DNA from: Deltaproteobacteria bacterium HGW-Deltaproteobacteria-4
GTDB lineage: Bacteria; Desulfobacterota; Desulfuromonadia; Desulfuromonadales; UBA2197
Direction of reading: 5' to 3'
DNA: 64,000 bases
NCBI GenBank assembly: GCA_002841765.1
Contig: PHAV01000002.1
Location: 73,604 to 137,603, forward strand
This document shows, in pieces, positions 1 to 9,138 of this stretch. The position numbers and the translations under genes were made by a program. The notes under the pieces are model-generated. The model worked only from the letters and a program-made list of their open reading frames with translations. It was not told the DNA's origin and ran no database searches. Within the stretch, counting starts at the first letter, position 1; the number at the start of each line of letters is the position of its first letter.

Positions 1-2
1 TC

Positions 3-2066
3 ATCGCCATTCTCTTTCTCCTCCTGGGAAATCTGCGCGCCGGACTCCTGGTTGCTGCCGCCATCCCCATGTCGATGCTCTTTGCCACCCTCGGTATGGG
101 GCAGATGGGGATTGCCGCCAGTCTCCTTTCGCTCGGAGCAATTGACTTCGGTATTCTCGTCGATGGTTCGGTGGTGATGACCGAGGCGAATCTGCGCGGA
201 TTGAACGAACGGCAGCTGCATCTCGGTCGCCCACTCACCGCGCAAGAACGGATGGCGTCAATTCTGGCGTCGAGTTGTCAGGTCGGGCGTCCGATCGCTT
301 TCGGCATGGGGATCATCGCCCTGGTCTTTCTACCTGTCCTGACCCTGCAGGGGATCGAAGGGAAGATGTTTCAACCGATGGCGTGGACCTTTATTTTCGC
401 CCTGTTGGGGGCGCTGCTGGTGGCGATCTTCCTGTCGCCGATCCTCTCTTTTCAGTTTTTGCCAAAAGAGGGCAAAGTGCACACAGGTTGGGCAGAAATC
501 TGGCTCCAACGTCTCTACACTCCGGCTCTTGCCCGGGTGTTGCATTATCGTCGCCTGTCCCTGCTGGTAGCGGCGCTTTTGGTGATCGTCACCGGGGTTG
601 TTGCCAGCCGGCTTGGCGGCGAGTTTCTGCCGCGGATGAGTGAAGGCTCTATCGTCGCCAGCGTCGTGCGTCTCGCCGGTGTCTCAGTCGATGAGTCGAT
701 GGCCTATAACCAGCAACTGGAAAAGTTGGTTCTGGAAAAATTCCCTGATGAAGTCAAAGCAGTCTGGAGCCGCCTGGGGAGTGCTGAGACCGCGACTGAT
801 CCGATGGGGACGGAACTGACGGACATCTTCATGTCCCTTTATCCTCGCGAGCACTGGACCAAGGCCAAGACACAATATGAGCTGGCCGCCGCCATCGAGA
901 AGGAGATGGTCGGGCTCCCCGGTATTCGCGTCGTCTTCACCCAGCCGATCGAACTGCGGGTCAATGAAATGCTCTCGGGGATTCGTGGTGATGTCGGCAT
1001 CAAGATCTATGGTGACGATTTCGAACAACTGGTGGCTCTCGGTGAGCAGGTGAAACAATCGATGGAGAAGGTACGTGGCGCTGCCGATGTGGCCGCCGAG
1101 CAGATCACCGGTCAGCCGACTTTGCAGATCAAGCTCGATCAGGAAAAGCTCGCCCGCTATAACGTTCCGGCCAAAGATGTCCTTGACGTCATCGCTGCGG
1201 TCGGCACTCCGCGGGTGGGCGAGGTCTTTGAGGGGGAGCGCTCTTTCCCGTTGGTCCTGCGCCTCCCCGATGACCGGCGCGAAGATGTCTCCGCCCTTGC
1301 CGCCACCCTGATTCCGACCCGGAACGGGGCGATTCTGCCGCTACGCGCCCTGGCAACGTTGAGCGAAGAGCAGCGCCCGTCAACGATCAATCGCGAGTGG
1401 GGCCGGCGATTGCTCAAGGTCTCGGTCAATGTTCGCGACCGCGATGTTGCTTCCTTTGTCGCCGAGGGACGGGAGAAAATCGCCCGGGAGGTCAAGCTGC
1501 CGCCCGGTTACTTTATGGAATGGGGCGGGCAGTTCGAAAATCTCGAACGTTCGCAAAAACGGCTGGCAGTGGTGGTGCCGCTGACTCTGCTCCTGATCTT
1601 TGTCCTTCTTTGGTTTAGTCTCAAGCGCTTGCGTGACGTTCTGATTATCTACACCGGCATCCCTCTCGCCGCTGTCGGCGGGGTCTTTGCCCTGTGGCTA
1701 CGGGGCATTCCCTTTTCGGTCAGCGCCGCGGTCGGCTTCATCGCTCTGGCCGGTCTCGCGGTCCTCAACGGTCAGGTCCTGGTCGCTGCGATCCGGACTT
1801 TTTATGCCAACGGAGAGACTTTGGCGGATGCCGTGGTCAAAGGTGCCCGACAACGTTTGCTGCCGGTCGTCGCCACGGCCTCCGTCGCTGCCGCCGGTTT
1901 TCTGCCGATGGCTCTTTCGACCGGAGTTGGTGCTGAAGTGCAGCGGCCCCTCGCAACGGTCGTTATCGGCGGGGTCCTGACCTCGACCCTTCTCACCCTC
2001 TTTGTGTTGCCGGCGTTCTATCTATTGCTGGATAGGAAAAAGTCAACTAACGACTCAACCCTTTAA
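3..2066 (+). CDS. czcA: CzcA/CusA-family heavy-metal RND efflux pump, C-terminal ~688 aa (5' end cut by the window edge)
   Basis: The frame is open from nt 3 (IAILFLLLGNLRAGLLVAAAIP...), upstream of the Met listed at 69. It shows the typical RND TM/periplasmic alternation and a C-terminal TM bundle (PLATVVIGGVLTSTLLTLFVLPAFY). Confidence 0.85.
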   Translation: MAILFLLLGNLRAGLLVAAAIPMSMLFATLGMGQMGIAASLLSLGAIDFGILVDGSVVMTEANLRGLNERQLHLGRPLTAQERMASILASSCQVGRPIAFGMGIIALVFLPVLTLQGIEGKMFQPMAWTFIFALLGALLVAIFLSPILSFQFLPKEGKVHTGWAEIWLQRLYTPALARVLHYRRLSLLVAALLVIVTGVVASRLGGEFLPRMSEGSIVASVVRLAGVSVDESMAYNQQLEKLVLEKFPDEVKAVWSRLGSAETATDPMGTELTDIFMSLYPREHWTKAKTQYELAAAIEKEMVGLPGIRVVFTQPIELRVNEMLSGIRGDVGIKIYGDDFEQLVALGEQVKQSMEKVRGAADVAAEQITGQPTLQIKLDQEKLARYNVPAKDVLDVIAAVGTPRVGEVFEGERSFPLVLRLPDDRREDVSALAATLIPTRNGAILPLRALATLSEEQRPSTINREWGRRLLKVSVNVRDRDVASFVAEGREKIAREVKLPPGYFMEWGGQFENLERSQKRLAVVVPLTLLLIFVLLWFSLKRLRDVLIIYTGIPLAAVGGVFALWLRGIPFSVSAAVGFIALAGLAVLNGQVLVAAIRTFYANGETLADAVVKGARQRLLPVVATASVAAAGFLPMALSTGVGAEVQRPLATVVIGGVLTSTLLTLFVLPAFYLLLDRKKSTNDSTL

Positions 2067-2069
2067 CAA

Positions 2070-3308
2070 TCATTTGCGTTTGGTGATTAACCGTACCTGG
2101 CGCTCATGAAACCAGTAGTACCAGACCCAGTTGAGCATGACGACGATCCGGTTGCGAAAGCCGATCAGGTAGTAAAGGTGGAGAAGGAGCCAGACCAGCC
2201 AGGCGAGATAACCGCGAAAGTGCAGGCCGAAGGCGCTGGCGACGGCCGCATTGCGGCCGATGGTCGCCATACTCCCCCGGTCGTGGTAGTGAAAGGGAGG
2301 CAGTGTTTTCTTCATTTCCCGGGCGAGGATCGCTTTACCGGCGTAGCGACCCATCTGCATGGCGACCGGGGCGGTCATGGGAAGGACCGCCCCGTCCTGT
2401 TCGAGCCATGCCATGTCGCCGATGATAAAAACCTCAGGGTGATTGGGCAAGGTGAGGTCGGGTTGCACCGGGATGCGTCCGTTGGTTTTGGTCGCAACCC
2501 CCAAGTTAGCCGTGAGGGGAGCGGCTTTGACTCCGGCCGACCAGAAAAGGGTGTGGGTGGGGATGACGGTGTTGTCGGCGAGGATGACGCGTTCGGCGTC
2601 GGCATCGACAACGCGGGTGTGGAGGTGGACCTCGACGGACATACGCTGCAATTTTTTCAGGGTATAGGCCTGCAACTCGGCGGGCATGGCGCTCAGCAGC
2701 TTGTCGCCGGCTTCGATCAGGACCACCCGTGCACTGGCAATGCTAAGTTCGGGGTAGTCTTTGGTGAGGACATAGTTGACCAGTTCGATGAGGGCACCGG
2801 CAAATTCGACCCCGGTCGGGCCGCCGCCGACGATAACAAAAGTCAGCAGCGCCCGCCTCCGTTCTGGATCCGTTTCATTAACAGCCCGCTCAAAGGCGGT
2901 AAGGATATGGTTGCGTAGTGTCTCGCCATCGGCCAGTTCTTTGAGATCGAAGGCATGGCGTTCGACGCTGTTCTGTCCGAAGTAGTTGGTGACGCTGCCG
3001 GCACCGACCAGCAGATAGTCGTAGGGAATGGGACCCTGATCGGTGCAGACGGTGCGTGCCGCAAGGTCGAAGCCGTTGACCTCGGTGAGATGAAAACGTG
3101 CCCCCGGCCAGTGGCGGGCCATGGCCCGCACCGAATAGGCGATCGATTCCTGTTCAAGTCCGGCCGTGGCAACCTGATAAAGGAGGGGCTGGAAGAGATG
3201 GTAATTATTCCGATCGATCAGTACGACCTCAAGTCCCTGATTCGTCAGAACCCGGGCGGCGTGGATGCCGCCAAATCCCATACCGACAATGATGACTCGT
3301 TTTTTCAT
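2070..3308 (-). CDS. ndh: Type II NADH:quinone oxidoreductase (NDH-2), FAD/NAD(P)-binding
   Basis: N-terminal Rossmann motif MKKRVIIVGMGFGGIHAA, a second GxGxxG (IVGGGPTGVEFAG) and a C-terminal membrane-anchor helix. The start is moved to the ATG at 3308 (the ORF track extends to 3359). Confidence 0.85.
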   Translation of the reverse strand: MKKRVIIVGMGFGGIHAARVLTNQGLEVVLIDRNNYHLFQPLLYQVATAGLEQESIAYSVRAMARHWPGARFHLTEVNGFDLAARTVCTDQGPIPYDYLLVGAGSVTNYFGQNSVERHAFDLKELADGETLRNHILTAFERAVNETDPERRRALLTFVIVGGGPTGVEFAGALIELVNYVLTKDYPELSIASARVVLIEAGDKLLSAMPAELQAYTLKKLQRMSVEVHLHTRVVDADAERVILADNTVIPTHTLFWSAGVKAAPLTANLGVATKTNGRIPVQPDLTLPNHPEVFIIGDMAWLEQDGAVLPMTAPVAMQMGRYAGKAILAREMKKTLPPFHYHDRGSMATIGRNAAVASAFGLHFRGYLAWLVWLLLHLYYLIGFRNRIVVMLNWVWYYWFHERQVRLITKRK

Positions 3309-3325
3309 GGGTAACCTGCATCCTG

Positions 3326-3370
3326 TTTTGCAAACAAAGAAGTCGGGCTGCAAATGCAACCCGACTTCTT
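3326..3370 (-). terminator. Rho-independent terminator downstream of cydB
   Basis: 11-bp stem AAGAAGTCGGG / CCCGACTTCTT (3337-3347 / 3360-3370), followed on the minus strand by a T-rich tract (TTTGTTTGC). Confidence 0.6.
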
Positions 3371-3396
3371 GAGATTCTGCCGGTAGTTAATAGTTT

Positions 3397-4422
3397 TCAG
3401 TACAGCTGATCGTTGACCGCTTCTTCTGGAGTGACCGGCGCGCGGAAGATCCTGTAAACCCAGATCTTGTAAGCGATGACAATCGGCACGAAGATAAAAG
3501 CAACGACGGTCATGATCTTGAGGGTGTAGGGGCTCGACGATGAGTTGTAGATGGTCAGACTGTAAGCGGTATCAAGGTTGGACGGAATCAGGTTGGGGAA
3601 GAGACCGACCAGGCCGGTTGTCACCACCAGGAGGATGGTGGCACAGGAAGCGGCAAATGCAAAGAGACGATTGTTCTGCACCAGCTTGACCTTGACCAGG
3701 ACCAGGGCCCCGACCGCCAGAAGCGGGACGAGGAAGAGGGCCGGATGGTTGAAGTAGTTGACGAAAAGTTTGGTGGCAAAGTTGGTGGAGACCAGGAAGG
3801 TCGCAGCGACGACGAGGACAACGGGCCAGAGTTTGCCGGCAAGGGCGGCACCGCGGTCAGCGACAACTCCTGTTGTCTTCACCGCTACATACAGGGCGCC
3901 ATGCAGGAGAAAGAGGACGACAAAGAGGACGCCGGTGAGGAGCCCGTAGGGATTAAGAAGAGCAAAGAAAGAGCCTTGATAACCGGCGGCATCGATCGGC
4001 AGGCCACGGAAGAAGTTGCCGAAGGCGACGCCGAAGAGGAGGGCCGGGAGGAAGCTGCTGACGATCAGGGCTTTGTCCCAGGCATTGTGCCAGCGCTCGT
4101 CCTTCTCTTTGTTGCGCAGCTCGACCGCAACGCCGCGGACGATGAGCGAGAAGAGGAGGAGGAGGAGGGCGGTGTACAGATAGCTGAACATGGCGGCGTA
4201 GGTCATCGGGAAGGCGGCAAAGGTAGCGCCGCCGGCGGTGAGGAGCCAGACTTCATTGCCGTCCCAGACCGGGCCGAAGCTACGCTGAATGGTACGTTTC
4301 TCCAGTTCGGTCTTAGCGAGGACATTGTGCAGGGTGCCGGCGCCGAGGACAAAGCCGTCGAGCATGAAGTAGACGCTCCAGAGAACGCCCCAAAGAATGA
4401 ACCAGATAATTTGAAAGGTCAT
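3397..4422 (-). CDS. cydB: Cytochrome bd ubiquinol oxidase subunit II
   Basis: 341-aa polytopic membrane protein lying directly downstream of cydA. N-terminus MTFQIIWFILWGVLWSVYFMLDGFVLGAG is typical of CydB. Confidence 0.9.
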   Translation of the reverse strand: MTFQIIWFILWGVLWSVYFMLDGFVLGAGTLHNVLAKTELEKRTIQRSFGPVWDGNEVWLLTAGGATFAAFPMTYAAMFSYLYTALLLLLFSLIVRGVAVELRNKEKDERWHNAWDKALIVSSFLPALLFGVAFGNFFRGLPIDAAGYQGSFFALLNPYGLLTGVLFVVLFLLHGALYVAVKTTGVVADRGAALAGKLWPVVLVVAATFLVSTNFATKLFVNYFNHPALFLVPLLAVGALVLVKVKLVQNNRLFAFAASCATILLVVTTGLVGLFPNLIPSNLDTAYSLTIYNSSSSPYTLKIMTVVAFIFVPIVIAYKIWVYRIFRAPVTPEEAVNDQLY

Positions 4423-4435
4423 GATCGCCTCCTCC

Positions 4436-5779
4436 TTAATAGTCGCTGGACTGGGACAGGGCCGGTGCTTCAGGCCCTTTTTTGGCGTTTTTGACGAGGA
4501 GATAAATGTCGATCACGCCGAGAAAACCGTAGAGCAGGGTGAAACCGATCAATGACCCGACTACCTGCCCGGCAGAGACCGCCTTGGAGGCACCATCGGC
4601 GGTCTTGAAGACGCCGTAGACCAGCCAGGGCTGACGCCCGAGTTCAGCAACGATCCAGCCGAACTGGTTGACCAGGTAGGGGAGGGGGATGGCAAGGACC
4701 ATGATCTTCAGAAAGAGAGGGTACTTCTGGAGTTGATCCTTGCGCGCCAGCCAGACTCCGATCACCGCCAGAAAGACAAAGAGGGTGCCGAGCCCAACCA
4801 TCAGTCGGAAGCTGATAAAGACCGGCCAGACCGGCGGCCGCTCATCCGGGGGAAAGTCTTTGAGCCCTTTGACCACGCCGTTGACATCGTGGAAAGCCAT
4901 GAGGCTGAGCATGCCGGGGATCTTGATCGCTTCGACAAGGTTGCGCTCGTTGGCCTCATCCGGGAAGAGGAGGAGATTCATCGGTGCGGCTTTTTGCGTC
5001 TCCCAGACCGCTTCCATGGCGGCAAATTTGCTCGGCTGCACTTCAGCAATCTCGACAGCGTGGAAGTCGCCGGTGACCAGGACGACGATCAGGGCAGCGA
5101 GCCCGAATTTGGCGGCGGTGTTGAAGGAGCGCTTGAAGAACTCGGTATGTTGGTTGCGCAGCAGATGCCAGGCAGCGATCCCCATGACGAAGAAGGCGGC
5201 GACAGTGTAGCCGGAGGTGATCTGATGAAAAAATTTGATGATGGCGTACTTGTTGGTAATGACGGCGACAAAGTCGACCATCTCGGCGCGACCGTTGCGG
5301 ATGACATAGCCGACCGGATTCTGCATCCAGCCGTTGGCAATAAGGATCCACAGCGCTGACAGGTTGGTACCGAGCGCCACCAGCCACATGGTGACGGCGT
5401 GGGTCTTCTTCGAGACCTTGTCCCAGCCGAAGATCCACAGGCCGATGAAGACCGACTCCAGAAAGAAGGTGACAGTCGCTTCGATTGCCAGGGGGGCACC
5501 GAAGATGTCACCGACATAGCTGGAATATTCTGCCCAGTTCATGCCGAACTGGAACTCCATGGTAATACCGGTGACGACACCGAGAGCAAAGTTGATGAGG
5601 AAGAGTTTCCCCCAGAACTTGGTCATGCGCAGCCACATTTCATCGCCGGTGCGGACGTATCTGGTCTCCATCCACGCCACCAGCACCGAAAGTCCGAGAG
5701 TGAGGGGGACGAAAATAAAGTGGAACATGCAGGTGATAGCGAATTGCCATCGGCTGAGCAGCACTACATCCATATCCAT
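4436..5779 (-). CDS. cydA: Cytochrome bd ubiquinol oxidase subunit I
   Basis: Strong similarity by eye to E. coli CydA (LSRWQFAITCMFHFIFVPLTLG, KFWGKLFLINFALGVVTGITMEFQFGMNW, GDIFGAPLAIE). Start chosen at MDMDVV (5779); the ORF track start at 5827 is possible. Confidence 0.9.
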   Translation of the reverse strand: MDMDVVLLSRWQFAITCMFHFIFVPLTLGLSVLVAWMETRYVRTGDEMWLRMTKFWGKLFLINFALGVVTGITMEFQFGMNWAEYSSYVGDIFGAPLAIEATVTFFLESVFIGLWIFGWDKVSKKTHAVTMWLVALGTNLSALWILIANGWMQNPVGYVIRNGRAEMVDFVAVITNKYAIIKFFHQITSGYTVAAFFVMGIAAWHLLRNQHTEFFKRSFNTAAKFGLAALIVVLVTGDFHAVEIAEVQPSKFAAMEAVWETQKAAPMNLLLFPDEANERNLVEAIKIPGMLSLMAFHDVNGVVKGLKDFPPDERPPVWPVFISFRLMVGLGTLFVFLAVIGVWLARKDQLQKYPLFLKIMVLAIPLPYLVNQFGWIVAELGRQPWLVYGVFKTADGASKAVSAGQVVGSLIGFTLLYGFLGVIDIYLLVKNAKKGPEAPALSQSSDY

Positions 5780-5868
5780 TGGACGGCCTCCAGAAAAGTG
5801 AAGATGATGGACAAAATTTACGGCCACGGTGAAATAGGACTTATTTCGTAATCTTTATAGACTCTGCC

Positions 5869-5882
5869 TTGATGGGAGTCAA
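5869..5882. promoter_or_regulatory. CRP/FNR-family (DNR-type) box TTGATGGGAGTCAA
   Basis: TTGAT-N4-GTCAA palindrome in the cydA / ygbA-like divergent intergenic region. Its flank GTCAAGGTTA is shared with the box at 6388. Confidence 0.5.
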
Positions 5883-5953
5883 GGTTATTTTCTTCTTCTA
5901 ATGAATTATTTTGCAACCATACACCGGCGGCGCGCAGACGGCAATCGCTCTGA

Positions 5954-5967
5954 TTGATTTGTGTCAA
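5954..5967. promoter_or_regulatory. CRP/FNR-family (DNR-type) box TTGATTTGTGTCAA
   Basis: Second TTGAT-N4-GTCAA palindrome in the same intergenic region. Confidence 0.5.
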
Positions 5968-6002
5968 TTTAAAGCGCGGCCGGGATAGTGTATAGTCACC
6001 CT

Positions 6003-6383
6003 ATGAACATGAATACAGCGGATCACCCCATCGCCCTGACGGGCAAAGAGCTCAAGGACCTTCGCCTGCTGGCGCGCTTTATTGCCTGCTGGTGTCAGGT
6101 GCATCACAACCCGGCCGGGCGCGAACCGATCGACGCTGCTGCCGCACTGGCACCATTGGCTCTGGGCGATGCCTGCCTCTGTCCGGAGTGTCGGGAGCTC
6201 CTTTCTTATGCCGTTGCCCGGCGCCGTGCCTGCCCGCTCGACCCGAAGCCGACCTGTAAAGATTGTCCGATCCATTGTTACAAACCGGAGCGTCGTGCAG
6301 AAATTCGCAAAGTCATGCGCTTCTCTGGCCGGCATCTTATCCTGCGCGGCCGCCTGGATCTCCTTTGGCACTATTTTTTTTAG
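6003..6383 (+). CDS. Nitrous-oxide-stimulated-promoter (YgbA_NO) family Cys-rich protein
   Basis: Pattern CPECRELLSYAVARRRACPLDPKPTCKDCPIHCYKPERRAEIRKVMRFSGRHL matches my recollection of the YgbA_NO family. ATG at 6003 preferred over the GTG at 5988. Confidence 0.65.
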   Translation: MNMNTADHPIALTGKELKDLRLLARFIACWCQVHHNPAGREPIDAAAALAPLALGDACLCPECRELLSYAVARRRACPLDPKPTCKDCPIHCYKPERRAEIRKVMRFSGRHLILRGRLDLLWHYFF

Positions 6384-6387
6384 AACT

Positions 6388-6401
6388 TTGACTGGCGTCA
6401 A
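6388..6401. promoter_or_regulatory. CRP/FNR-family box TTGACTGGCGTCAA
   Basis: Perfect TTGAC-N4-GTCAA palindrome centred ~67 bp upstream of the ATG at 6462. Confidence 0.5.
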
Positions 6402-6461
6402 GGTTAAAGACCTGCCGCTCAGTTATCCTCCATTCAACTTAAACATCTAAAGGAGATCCCT

Positions 6462-7247
6462 ATGTTTCGCGAAATTGTCCATATTGATGAAGAAAAATGT
6501 AACGGCTGCGGCCTCTGTGTGCCGGCTTGTGCCGAAGGGGCGATTCAATTGATCAACGGCAAGGCAAAATTGATCGCTGACAATCTTTGTGACGGCATCG
6601 GTGCTTGCCTCGGACACTGTCCGCAAGGGGCGATTCTGATCGAAAAGCGGGTGGCGGATGAGTTTGACAAGGAAGCGGTCGCTGAGCATCTACACGCTGC
6701 CGAAAAAGCAGCTCCGTCTGCCCCCGCGCCGGCTTCGGCTTGCGGCTGCCCCTCTGCCGCGGTGCAAAGCTTTGCTCCACCCAAACATGCTCATGGTCAC
6801 GGTGGTGGCTGTCCGTCAGCGGCCCTGCGTGACTTTGCGCCGGTCAGTGCGGCCGCCAGAGCCGATCTCGCCGGTGAGCGTCCCTCGGAGTTGCGGCAGT
6901 GGCCGGTGCAGATGCATCTGGTTCCGCCGACCGCCCCCTTTCTCAAAGGTGCGGATCTTCTCCTTGCCGCTGATTGTGTCCCCTTTGCCCACGCAGATTT
7001 TCATCGCGATATCCTCAAGGGGAGAGCGCTGCTGATCGGTTGCCCGAAACTTGACGACGGTCAGGCCTATCTGGAGAAACTTACCGCCATGCTCCGGCTC
7101 AACGAGATCAAGAGCCTGACTGTGGCGCACATGGAAGTCCCCTGTTGTTCAGGGTTGATTCAAATTGCCAAACGGGCGATTGCTGATAGTGGCAAAGAAG
7201 TACCGCTGATCACGATTCGCATCGGTATCCAGGGGGATGTGAAGTAG
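6462..7247 (+). CDS. 4Fe-4S dicluster-domain protein with a Cys/His-rich linker and a C-terminal domain of unknown function
   Basis: CNGCGLCVPACAEG and CDGIGACLGHCPQG ferredoxin motifs, then ACGCPSAA...HAHGHGGGCPSAA, then a C-terminal CC motif (HMEVPCCSG). Confidence 0.7.
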   Translation: MFREIVHIDEEKCNGCGLCVPACAEGAIQLINGKAKLIADNLCDGIGACLGHCPQGAILIEKRVADEFDKEAVAEHLHAAEKAAPSAPAPASACGCPSAAVQSFAPPKHAHGHGGGCPSAALRDFAPVSAAARADLAGERPSELRQWPVQMHLVPPTAPFLKGADLLLAADCVPFAHADFHRDILKGRALLIGCPKLDDGQAYLEKLTAMLRLNEIKSLTVAHMEVPCCSGLIQIAKRAIADSGKEVPLITIRIGIQGDVK

Positions 7248-7269
7248 CCGTTGCAAAGCTGAAAAATAA

Positions 7270-7312
7270 AAAAGCGGAGCCGGGATCAATGTCCGTCTCC
7301 GCTTTTTTATTT
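7270..7312. terminator. Bidirectional rho-independent terminator
   Basis: AAAAAAGCGGAG...CTCCGCTTTTTT hairpin flanked by an A-run and a T-run. Confidence 0.7.
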
Positions 7313-7366
7313 TCAGGTGTATAATTCAGGCGTGTTGGAGTTGGTAATTTGTGAGGAGATAAGACG

Positions 7367-7645
7367 ATGCCGATAGCGAACGGTCTGTTTTTGTTTGTTC
7401 TATTATCCGTGCTTTCAGGCTGTAGCGGCAGTCCGTCCGGCTGGTCCTGGCAGCATCCGCAAGGACTCGATGTCGCTCAACGCGAGCGCGACCTGGCTGA
7501 CTGTATGTATTACGCATCGATCACCGATCCGCGCGCTTTTGGGGCGGATCGGCCGGTGATCGTGCAGGAATGGGATGAACCGGTGCAAGAGTGCATGGCG
7601 CTGCGCGGCTGGATCTTTGTCGAGGCCGGCAAGAAGAAAGAGTGA
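7367..7645 (+). CDS. Small lipoprotein, function unknown
   Basis: Signal peptide plus lipobox (LLSVLSGC). Confidence 0.5.
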   Translation: MPIANGLFLFVLLSVLSGCSGSPSGWSWQHPQGLDVAQRERDLADCMYYASITDPRAFGADRPVIVQEWDEPVQECMALRGWIFVEAGKKKE

Positions 7646-7661
7646 AAGTATAAAGAAAACT

Positions 7662-8093
7662 TTAAATTTCCTTGCCGTCCTTATAGTCGATCTCCTTGGA
7701 AATCTTGCCGTCCTCACGATATTCCGTATATTTCCCGTCAAGTTTTTCATCTTTAAGCGTGTAGTCGACCATAATATTGCCGTTAGGGTGGAAGGCGCGC
7801 ACGCGCACGCGCTTGCCGGCGATGATGGTCTCTTCCGTCTTCTTCTGCCCCTTGTCGTTATAAAAAGTCACAACCTTGGAGGTCTCGCTGCTGAATATTT
7901 CTTCAGCCTGGAGAATGCCATTCTGGTCGTACCAAAGGGTTTTCTCTTTTGTCTGGTTTTGCGGACTGTAAAAGGTCTCCGATTCAAGTTTGCCATTCGC
8001 GTGGAAGGTCTTGGCGACAGCAAAAGCTGTACTGGCACAAACTAAAATCAATAGAAGCATGAACAGGCAAGGGAGAAATTTGTTTTTTGACAT
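7662..8093 (-). CDS. Secreted MORN-variant/YwqK-like repeat protein
   Basis: Signal peptide (LLLILVCASTAFA), repeated G-K/DG-x-x-E-x-x-Y units, AT-rich gene. Confidence 0.45.
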   Translation of the reverse strand: MSKNKFLPCLFMLLLILVCASTAFAVAKTFHANGKLESETFYSPQNQTKEKTLWYDQNGILQAEEIFSSETSKVVTFYNDKGQKKTEETIIAGKRVRVRAFHPNGNIMVDYTLKDEKLDGKYTEYREDGKISKEIDYKDGKEI

Positions 8094-8148
8094 GGTCGCC
8101 TCCTGGGACTAGAGTTGAATGAGAGTAATAGACTGATATTATGGTTTT

Positions 8149-8817
8149 TTAATCGACAGGCAAAGCGCTTTTCTTTACCGGCGTCTTCCCTGTTTCCCCT
8201 CCGGCAAAGTCGATGACGCATACGGTTTCGAAGGTGGGATGGGGGCCGCAGCTGACTCCGGCGAGGCGGTAGTCTTTATCGAAAATAGTTGTGCGATGAC
8301 CACGGCCGGGGACACCGTCATCGACGATCAGTTGGGCAATAACATCGCGGCCGCGGTCGGCAACGTATGGTCCGTAAGTAATCGCTTCACCGATCGCGAT
8401 AGTCCAGCGGCCATGGCGTTGGATGCGTTGGGCCATCGCCAGACGGCCGGAGCCGTGTCCCGTCTCTTTGTTTTTGGACTGCGCCCGCACCAGTTCTGCG
8501 CTGGAGCGGGCTAAGCCATCGGCCCAACGCAGTGGCGGCAGGGGGGTGCGGCGGCGCAGAAAGGTGATGGCTTCATCGATTGCCGAAGTGCCCTCTTCGG
8601 TGCGGATGAAGAGATTTGTCCCTGGCTGAATATATGTCTTGCCTTTGAAGAGACTGCGGTAGTGCCCAAGATAGCGGATATAGGCGTCCGGTTGCATGCG
8701 GGCAACATTGAGTTCCTGGAGAATGATCCGTTCGAGTTCGGTCGCAGCGTAAGCCGGAGTTGCGATGAAAAAGAGGGCAATGATAAAAAAAGGCAGCATG
8801 ATCAGGCACCGTCCCAT
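8149..8817 (-). CDS. CAP (SCP/PR1-like) domain secreted protein
   Basis: Signal peptide MGRCLIMLPFFIIALFFIATPAYA. Also has LNVARMQP..., GHGSG and VDDGVPGRGHRTTIF motifs. Start moved to the internal Met at 8817. Confidence 0.55.
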   Translation of the reverse strand: MGRCLIMLPFFIIALFFIATPAYAATELERIILQELNVARMQPDAYIRYLGHYRSLFKGKTYIQPGTNLFIRTEEGTSAIDEAITFLRRRTPLPPLRWADGLARSSAELVRAQSKNKETGHGSGRLAMAQRIQRHGRWTIAIGEAITYGPYVADRGRDVIAQLIVDDGVPGRGHRTTIFDKDYRLAGVSCGPHPTFETVCVIDFAGGETGKTPVKKSALPVD

Positions 8818-8965
8818 GGATGAAGATCTTAAATTTTTCTTGTCAGAGTAGCAATCCCTACGGCGAACGTCCAGTCCCTTGATGCAGTCCCTTGATTGCT
8901 TCTGTGGACAAAGACAAGAAAAGTCCCTTGACATTAGAAATAAAGATGGGCATTCTTCACGTCTG

Positions 8966-9067
8966 TAAAGAGGAGTAGCTACCGGCCACCGACCAGGCCG
9001 GCCCCAGACCCGTCAATACGGCGAAAGCCCGGGTTGGGGACGATTTTAATCGTCAGCAAGATCTTTA
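8966..9067 (+). promoter_or_regulatory. yybP-ykoY (Mn2+) riboswitch aptamer
   Basis: AAAGAGGAGUAGC ... CCGUCAAUACGGCGAAAGCCCGG ... GGGGACGAUUUUAAUCGUCAGCAAGAUCUUU parallels the remembered L. lactis aptamer (AAAGGGGAGUAGC...GUCAAUUCG...GACAUACGAAAGUAUGUUUAGCAAGACCUUU). It lies upstream of a TerC-family gene, and a T9 run at 9098-9106 follows. Confidence 0.75.
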
Positions 9068-9138
9068 TCCCAGGCAAATTTTGCCGGGGTAAGGGTCTTT
9101 TTTTTTACCCACCGCAGTAATTAAGGAGGCAGAACTAC

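Noticed and set aside
1-234. 77-aa minus-strand ORF at the window start
   Set aside because: It is antisense to the czcA reading frame, which is open from nt 3, and its translation is Arg/Pro-rich.
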